DNA from: a virus
Taxonomy: Duplodnaviria > Caudoviricetes
IMG/VR virus record: IMGVR_UViG_3300027741_000065
Coordinates: 1-61,217 of that record
Reading direction: 5' to 3' (one strand)
DNA length: 61,217 bases
The notes under the pieces are model-generated. The model did not search any database. It saw nothing but the letters and a program-made list of their open reading frames with translations, and was not told where the DNA came from. The stretch's first letter is position 1. Each line of letters opens with the position of its first letter. Both the position numbers and the translations under genes were made by a program. Below are positions 55,847-61,217 of the stretch, one piece after another.

Positions 55847-57403
55847 ATGACTACAGCAGCAACATCACTCTTGGGACTTGCCCTGCCGGTTACCGGAGAG
55901 CTTTCGGGCACTTGGGGTGATACGGTTAACAACTCAATCACATCGCTTTTGGACTCCGCCATTGCGGGCACTACCACTTTGAGCGCGGATGCTGATGTTA
56001 CGCTAACCACCACAACTCTTTCGGCTAACCAAGCGCGTTCAGCAATCATCCTGTGGACTGCTGGCGGTACAGCTACCCGAACCATCACGGCTCCAGCGCA
56101 GTCTAAACCATACATTGTTATCAACAAGACCTCTAGCACGCAGTCCATCATTTTTATTGGGGCTACCGGTGCCGGGGTAACGCTTGTTGCAGGGGAAAAA
56201 GCAGTTGTTTCTTGGAACGGAGTTGACTTTGTAAAGGTAGCCAATCAAAACGGTACAGGAAACTTTACCTCACTCATAACAACTGACAACGTGGGTATTG
56301 GTGTTACTCCTAGTGCTTGGGGCAGCTCTTATAAAGCGGTTCAATTTGCAAATGGCAATATTTATTCTTTATCTAGCGTAAACGACACATCATTTGGGTC
56401 TAATTTTTATGTTGATGCGTCTGGAAATGCTAAGTATTTAAACACTACAACAGCAACTTTATATAGACAAGCAACTGGTGCGCACATTTGGTACGCCGCC
56501 CCCTCCGGTACAGCAGGTAACACCATTACCTTCACCCAAGCAATGACGCTGGATGCTAGTGGGAATTTGGGTATTGGGACGACTTCTCCACAAGCAAAAA
56601 TCCATACTGTGGATGTTGCTTCGGGCAACCCAGCGCGGTTTCAAGGTGGTGAATCAAATTACACCATTCGGATAGTTAACAGCGCAAATACTAGCGGGGG
56701 CTCTATCAACGCCAATACTGGCACTGCTCAGGGCATAACTATCAGTTCTGACTCTGGCCCTATGATATTTAATGCTGCGTCTTCAGAACGTGCCCGTATT
56801 GACTCCAGCGGTAACTTACTGGTGGGGCAATCTTCATATCCATTTGCAGGGCAACCAAAAGCTTCTTTTATTTCAACGTCTACAACTCAAGGTGGAGTAG
56901 CTAGTGTTCAGCCAAATAGCGCTACAGCATCTGGTTTTACATCACAGTCTGTTACTGCCGCTGGTCTTACTTGGTTTCATTTTGTGGGGCAATCAGGCAA
57001 TGGCAGTGCAATTACAACCAACAACATCTTAATTTATGGAAACGGAGATGTAAAAAATACCAACAACAGTTATGGCGCAATTTCTGACGTAAAGCTCAAA
57101 GAAAACATTGTTGATGCAACGCCCAAACTTGCAAACTTGATGCAGGTAAAAGTTCGTAACTACAACCTCAAAGGTGATTACGAACAACACAAACAGATTG
57201 GTGTAATTGCACAAGAACTTGAACAAGTGTTTCCCGGCATGGTGGATGAAACAGCCGACAAGGATATGGAAGGCAATGACCTTGGCACAACAACCAAGTC
57301 GGTCAAATACAGCGTGTTTGTCCCCATGCTCATCAAAGCAATCCAAGAACAGCAAGCCCTAATCACATCCCTCACCGCCCGTCTTGACGCTGCTGGACTA
57401 TAA
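55847..57403 (+). CDS. Tail fibre with C-terminal S74 intramolecular chaperone
   Basis: GELSGTWG N-terminus; DASGNLGIG repeats; SDVKLKENI..GVIAQE..LIKAIQE. Confidence 0.88.
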   Translation: MTTAATSLLGLALPVTGELSGTWGDTVNNSITSLLDSAIAGTTTLSADADVTLTTTTLSANQARSAIILWTAGGTATRTITAPAQSKPYIVINKTSSTQSIIFIGATGAGVTLVAGEKAVVSWNGVDFVKVANQNGTGNFTSLITTDNVGIGVTPSAWGSSYKAVQFANGNIYSLSSVNDTSFGSNFYVDASGNAKYLNTTTATLYRQATGAHIWYAAPSGTAGNTITFTQAMTLDASGNLGIGTTSPQAKIHTVDVASGNPARFQGGESNYTIRIVNSANTSGGSINANTGTAQGITISSDSGPMIFNAASSERARIDSSGNLLVGQSSYPFAGQPKASFISTSTTQGGVASVQPNSATASGFTSQSVTAAGLTWFHFVGQSGNGSAITTNNILIYGNGDVKNTNNSYGAISDVKLKENIVDATPKLANLMQVKVRNYNLKGDYEQHKQIGVIAQELEQVFPGMVDETADKDMEGNDLGTTTKSVKYSVFVPMLIKAIQEQQALITSLTARLDAAGL

Positions 57404-57405
57404 CC

Positions 57406-57873
57406 ATGATCGATCCCTTCACCGCTTTCGCTGCAGCACAAGCCGCTATTAAGGGGGTGCAGGCAGCTATCAAGATGGGCAAGGACATCGGGGCCATCTC
57501 CGGTGACTTGATGAAGTTCTTCGAGGCCAAGGACGTAGTAGCAAAAGCGGCATCGAAGCCCGGTAAGTCTGACACCGCGCAGGCCATTGAGATCGTGATG
57601 AAGGCCAAGCAGCTACAGGACGCTGAGGATGAGTTGAAGCAGATGCTGATCTGGTCAGGCAATGCAGACACTTGGGAAGCCATCCTGCGCGAGCGCAACA
57701 AGATCGTCTACAACCGCAAGGCCCAAGATATCGCGGACAACAAGGCCAAGGCCAAGCGCAGAAAAGAGATTGAGGAGGTGGTAGAGATGGTGCTTTTGGC
57801 TGCACTCGCTGCCTTGGTTATTACCCTAGTTGCATGGGGCACTATGGAATACGTGGACTTTATGAGGAAGTGA
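57406..57873 (+). CDS. Lysis-region protein with C-terminal TM
   Basis: MIDP.. coiled coil then TM helix. Confidence 0.6.
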   Translation: MIDPFTAFAAAQAAIKGVQAAIKMGKDIGAISGDLMKFFEAKDVVAKAASKPGKSDTAQAIEIVMKAKQLQDAEDELKQMLIWSGNADTWEAILRERNKIVYNRKAQDIADNKAKAKRRKEIEEVVEMVLLAALAALVITLVAWGTMEYVDFMRK

Positions 57874-57874
57874 A

Positions 57875-58369
57875 ATGAATGAACTACTCGGACTTCTTAA
57901 GGGACTTGCTCCTGCTGTTGCAACTGCTGTATCCGGGCCTCTTGGTGGTCTTGCTGTTACCGCTATTGCCAATCGGTTTGGTGTGGCTGATGATGTTCAG
58001 GCCGTGGCGCAGGCCATCGCAGGAGACCCAGACGCTGCCCAAAAACTGGCTGAACTAGACCTCAAGCAGTTTGAGTTGGAGAACGCCGACCGTGATTCGG
58101 CTCGGCATATGCAAGAGACCGCGCTTAATGGTGAAGACAAATTTGCCAAGCACTTCATCTATTGGTTCGCGTGGTTCTGGTCTGTTGGTTCTATGGCCTA
58201 CTTCTTCGCCATCACCTTTGGTCAGGTGCCGCCAAGTGGTAAAGACTTTGGCAACATCATCTTGGGCTTCCTACTCGGCACCGCCGTGGCTACCATCATC
58301 AGCTTCTTCTACGGTAGCTCTAAATCCAGCAAGGACAAGACGGAAGCGATGAAGGACGCATTGAAATGA
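57875..58369 (+). CDS. Holin-like membrane protein
   Basis: APAVATA.SGPLGG..DRDSAR..two TMs..FFYGSS. Confidence 0.65.
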   Translation: MNELLGLLKGLAPAVATAVSGPLGGLAVTAIANRFGVADDVQAVAQAIAGDPDAAQKLAELDLKQFELENADRDSARHMQETALNGEDKFAKHFIYWFAWFWSVGSMAYFFAITFGQVPPSGKDFGNIILGFLLGTAVATIISFFYGSSKSSKDKTEAMKDALK

Positions 58370-58788
58370 CCCCAAACTTTACCCTTGCGGAACTTACTCA
58401 CACAGACCACCGCTCACTGGACAACACACCCAATGATACAGAACGAGCAAATCTGGTACGACTGGCTGAATTTCTGGAGCTGGTCAAGGTGGCGCTTGGA
58501 GGTAAACCCATTATGGTCAACTCCGCCTTCCGATCTAAAGCGGTCAACGATGCAGTCGGCAGTAAAGATACGTCCCAACATCGAGTGGGCTGTGCTGCGG
58601 ACATCCGTGTTCCCGGAATGACGCCTGACCAAGTTGTACGTACAATAATTGCAGCCCAGCTACCGTTCGACCAGATCATCCGTGAGTTCGATGCTTGGAC
58701 ACATATCAGCGTACCAAACTCCACGGCGCTAAAACCTCGTCGCCAAGCACTTATTATCGATAAATCTGGAGTTCGAGCTTATGTCTAA
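58366..58788 (+). CDS. Endolysin, peptidase M15A
   Basis: NFTLAEL..SAFRS..SQH..AADI..WTHIS. Confidence 0.88.
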   Translation: MTPNFTLAELTHTDHRSLDNTPNDTERANLVRLAEFLELVKVALGGKPIMVNSAFRSKAVNDAVGSKDTSQHRVGCAADIRVPGMTPDQVVRTIIAAQLPFDQIIREFDAWTHISVPNSTALKPRRQALIIDKSGVRAYV

Positions 58789-59300
58789 ACGCTGCGAGCA
58801 AATAACCCGTGTAGTTTTGTGCGGGCCGCAGACATGGCATCTTGAGCCTCATTTATAGTAGCAAAGAACCCAATATGGACTTCCGATCCGTCGACAGCAA
58901 TGCGCCCGCGCCATTTTTGTTTTTGCTTACACCAAGCAACCCCCTTTATGCCAGAGGTGTTCGACTTTGGGAGTCGGCTATTTTGTTGGTTTTGCGCGGT
59001 ATTGCACTCACGCAAGTTTTCTATGCGGTTGTCAAAGGAGTTGCCGTTGATGTGGTCTATAGTGTGAGCAGAAGCTCCGTAGTGGTAAGCCCACACAAGT
59101 CTGTGGGTTCTGTACAAGATGTAGTCTATGCAAATTTGATGGTAATGGTGCGAAGCTGTGCCTGCAAGCGCCCCAGCAACGCGCCTGCCTTTTCGTTCTT
59201 TCCAGTACAGGTTTCCATCCGCATAAGTAAACAGTGCTTGCAAGACTTCTTTAGTAAAGTGGCTGTCGGTTTTGTGCATAAGGGTTCCAATCATGTACAT
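58785..59300 (-). CDS. HNH homing endonuclease with AP2-like C-terminus
   Basis: HRLVW..IDHINGNSFDNRIENLR..NTSGIKGV..KWRGRI..HIGFF; start uncertain. Confidence 0.88.
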   Translation of the reverse strand: MYMIGTLMHKTDSHFTKEVLQALFTYADGNLYWKERKGRRVAGALAGTASHHYHQICIDYILYRTHRLVWAYHYGASAHTIDHINGNSFDNRIENLRECNTAQNQQNSRLPKSNTSGIKGVAWCKQKQKWRGRIAVDGSEVHIGFFATINEAQDAMSAARTKLHGLFARSV

Positions 59301-59354
59301 GCATTATACAATACAGGTACTCGCGCATTTGCCTAATTCGTGGGAAAATGAGTA

Positions 59355-61217
59355 ATGCCCTTACAAAAGATTACCCTCAAACCCGGCGTCAACCGGGAGA
59401 ACACTCGGTACACCAATGAAGGCGGCTACTATGAGTCCAACCTAGTACGCTTTCGCCAAGGCACGCCTGAAAAAATAGGCGGCTGGCTTCGTATTTCTGC
59501 CAATACATTTTTGGGTGTTTGCCGTTCCCTGTGGAATTGGGTAACTCTAGGTTCTCAAAATTTAATGGGCATAGGTACTAATCTTAAGTACTACATTGAG
59601 AACGGCGGAGCTTACTACGATATCACGCCGGTACGTGCAGAAGTAACCCTGACCAATCCGTTTACACCAAACGGTACAACTACGATTCTTGTTACAGATA
59701 CTTCTGGTGGGTTTATTAATAATGATTACGTTACCTATACAGGCGGAACTGCGGTTGGCGGACAAACTATAACCGGCGAGTACAAGATAACGCTGGTTAG
59801 CAACACAACGTATAACATCACTATTTCTGCTGCAGCCACCGCTGGCGCTGCTGCCGGAGGTACTGTCTATGCCGTATATCAAGTAAACACAGGCCCGTCA
59901 TACGCAGTGCCACTAGTGGGTTGGGGTGCTGGAGCTTGGGGTTCTGGTACTTGGGGGAATGGAACAACTTCAAATGACGCATTGCGTATTTGGAACGCAA
60001 ACAACTTTGGACAAGATTTACTGTATGGCCCCCGTGGAGGCCCACTATATTACTGGAATGCCGGTATTGGCTTTACACCATCTACGGTAACCATAACAAT
60101 TGCTACTCCAGCCGTAGTAACTACTACTTTAAACTTGGCAGACAAGACAGCTATTCAGTTTCAAACTACTGGGGCTTTGCCTACTGGCCTTCTTCCGGGG
60201 GTAACTTACTACACACGCTACGTATCTCTGACTACGTTTAACTTGTCTGCTACACCTACTGGCGCTTTAATTAACACTTCCGGGACACAGTCAGGGGTAC
60301 AAAGCATATCGCCTAGAGGGATACCTTTAACTGCTCTTAATGGGGCATCTAGCGTACCACTGTCTCAGACTTACTTTCTTATTTCAGACGCAAGCCGGTT
60401 TGTTATTCTGTTTGGAACAAATGATTACGGAAGCACCACCTTTGATCCAATGGTTGTGCGGTGGTCTGACCAAGAAAGTTATTTGGAATGGGCACCGGCT
60501 GTTACTAACCAAGCGGGTAGTATTCGACTGTCTCATGGGTCAAAAATTGTTACCGCATTGCAAAGCCGCCAAGAGATCGTGATTTGGACGGACTCGACGT
60601 TTTACTCACTGCAGTACTTAGGCCCACCGTATGTTTGGGGTAGTCAACTACTTGCTGACAACGTGTCTATTGCTGGCCCGAACGCAATGGCAATAGCCTC
60701 TGGCGCGGTGTACTGGATGGGTGTAGACAAGTTCTACAAGTACGATGGACGGGTTCAGACCTTACGTTGCGATCTTCGCCAATTTATTTATAACGACATT
60801 AACCCGTTACAGTTCGACCAAGTGTACTCAAGTACCAATGAAGGATTTAATGAAATCTGGTGGTTCTACTGCACCAAAAACTTTTACGTAATTGACCGTT
60901 ATGTTGTTTACAACTACGTAGAAGACGCTTGGTACTATGGTTCCTTGGGACGCACGGCATGGATTGATTCTGGGCTGCGCAATTACCCTATAGCGGCTAC
61001 GTACTCCAACAACCTTGTGAATCACGAATTTGGGAATGACGACGGTACTAGCGGTACTTTGGTTCCAATGGAGTCATCTATAACTACGTCACAGTTTGAT
61101 ATTGGCGACGGGCACAACTTTGCTTTTGTATGGAGGATGTTGCCTGACTTAACATTCCGAGGTTCCACAGATGGGACAACGCCCAGCCTTACCATGCAGC
61201 TTCAACCACTGCAAAAC
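59355..61217 (+). CDS. Tail/head-stabilisation (P22 gp10-like) protein, ~699 aa across the origin
   Basis: MPLQKITLKPGVNRE..RFRQGTPEKIGGW..VRWSDQE; in frame with 68..385; absent from ORF track because it runs off the end. Confidence 0.8.
   Translation, partial: MPLQKITLKPGVNRENTRYTNEGGYYESNLVRFRQGTPEKIGGWLRISANTFLGVCRSLWNWVTLGSQNLMGIGTNLKYYIENGGAYYDITPVRAEVTLTNPFTPNGTTTILVTDTSGGFINNDYVTYTGGTAVGGQTITGEYKITLVSNTTYNITISAAATAGAAAGGTVYAVYQVNTGPSYAVPLVGWGAGAWGSGTWGNGTTSNDALRIWNANNFGQDLLYGPRGGPLYYWNAGIGFTPSTVTITIATPAVVTTTLNLADKTAIQFQTTGALPTGLLPGVTYYTRYVSLTTFNLSATPTGALINTSGTQSGVQSISPRGIPLTALNGASSVPLSQTYFLISDASRFVILFGTNDYGSTTFDPMVVRWSDQESYLEWAPAVTNQAGSIRLSHGSKIVTALQSRQEIVIWTDSTFYSLQYLGPPYVWGSQLLADNVSIAGPNAMAIASGAVYWMGVDKFYKYDGRVQTLRCDLRQFIYNDINPLQFDQVYSSTNEGFNEIWWFYCTKNFYVIDRYVVYNYVEDAWYYGSLGRTAWIDSGLRNYPIAATYSNNLVNHEFGNDDGTSGTLVPMESSITTSQFDIGDGHNFAFVWRMLPDLTFRGSTDGTTPSLTMQLQPLQN
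61070..61217. repeat. Terminal overlap copy 2
   Basis: See 1-148. Confidence 0.97.

Overview
This window appears to be a complete, circularly assembled genome (~61,069 bp unique) of a tailed dsDNA phage. Positions 1-148 recur at 61070-61217, and one virion gene runs across that junction. The gene set looks podovirus-like (no tape measure or sheath recognised) and resembles uncultured freshwater phages; a betaproteobacterial host is an inference. Modules: putative ejection proteins ending in a 4588-aa DarB-like polyvalent protein (ART-like, LPD1/zincin, N6-MTase, Strawberry-notch helicase, zincin, LPD38-like); a leftward recombination operon (PD-(D/E)XK exonuclease, ERF, SSB-like); small-ORF clusters; ParB-like, SF2 helicase and TOPRIM primase genes; a leftward early cluster; TerS, TerL, portal, GroES, scaffold and capsid; basic head-associated proteins; tail/fibre genes; and lysis genes. 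No DNA polymerase, integrase, tRNA or CRISPR array was recognised. Most striking: (1) a TerL intein whose only endonuclease is an EndoVII gene overprinted in another frame with its own RBS; (2) an acidic 124-aa gene overprinted in the +1 frame inside the giant protein; (3) an intact hammerhead ribozyme and a covarying repeated hairpin element in the early operon; (4) a C4/CI-like RNA with a 7-bp loop-bulge pairing; (5) a [MFYL]xxGG motif shared by otherwise unrelated virion-region proteins. All calls were made by eye; no database searches were run.
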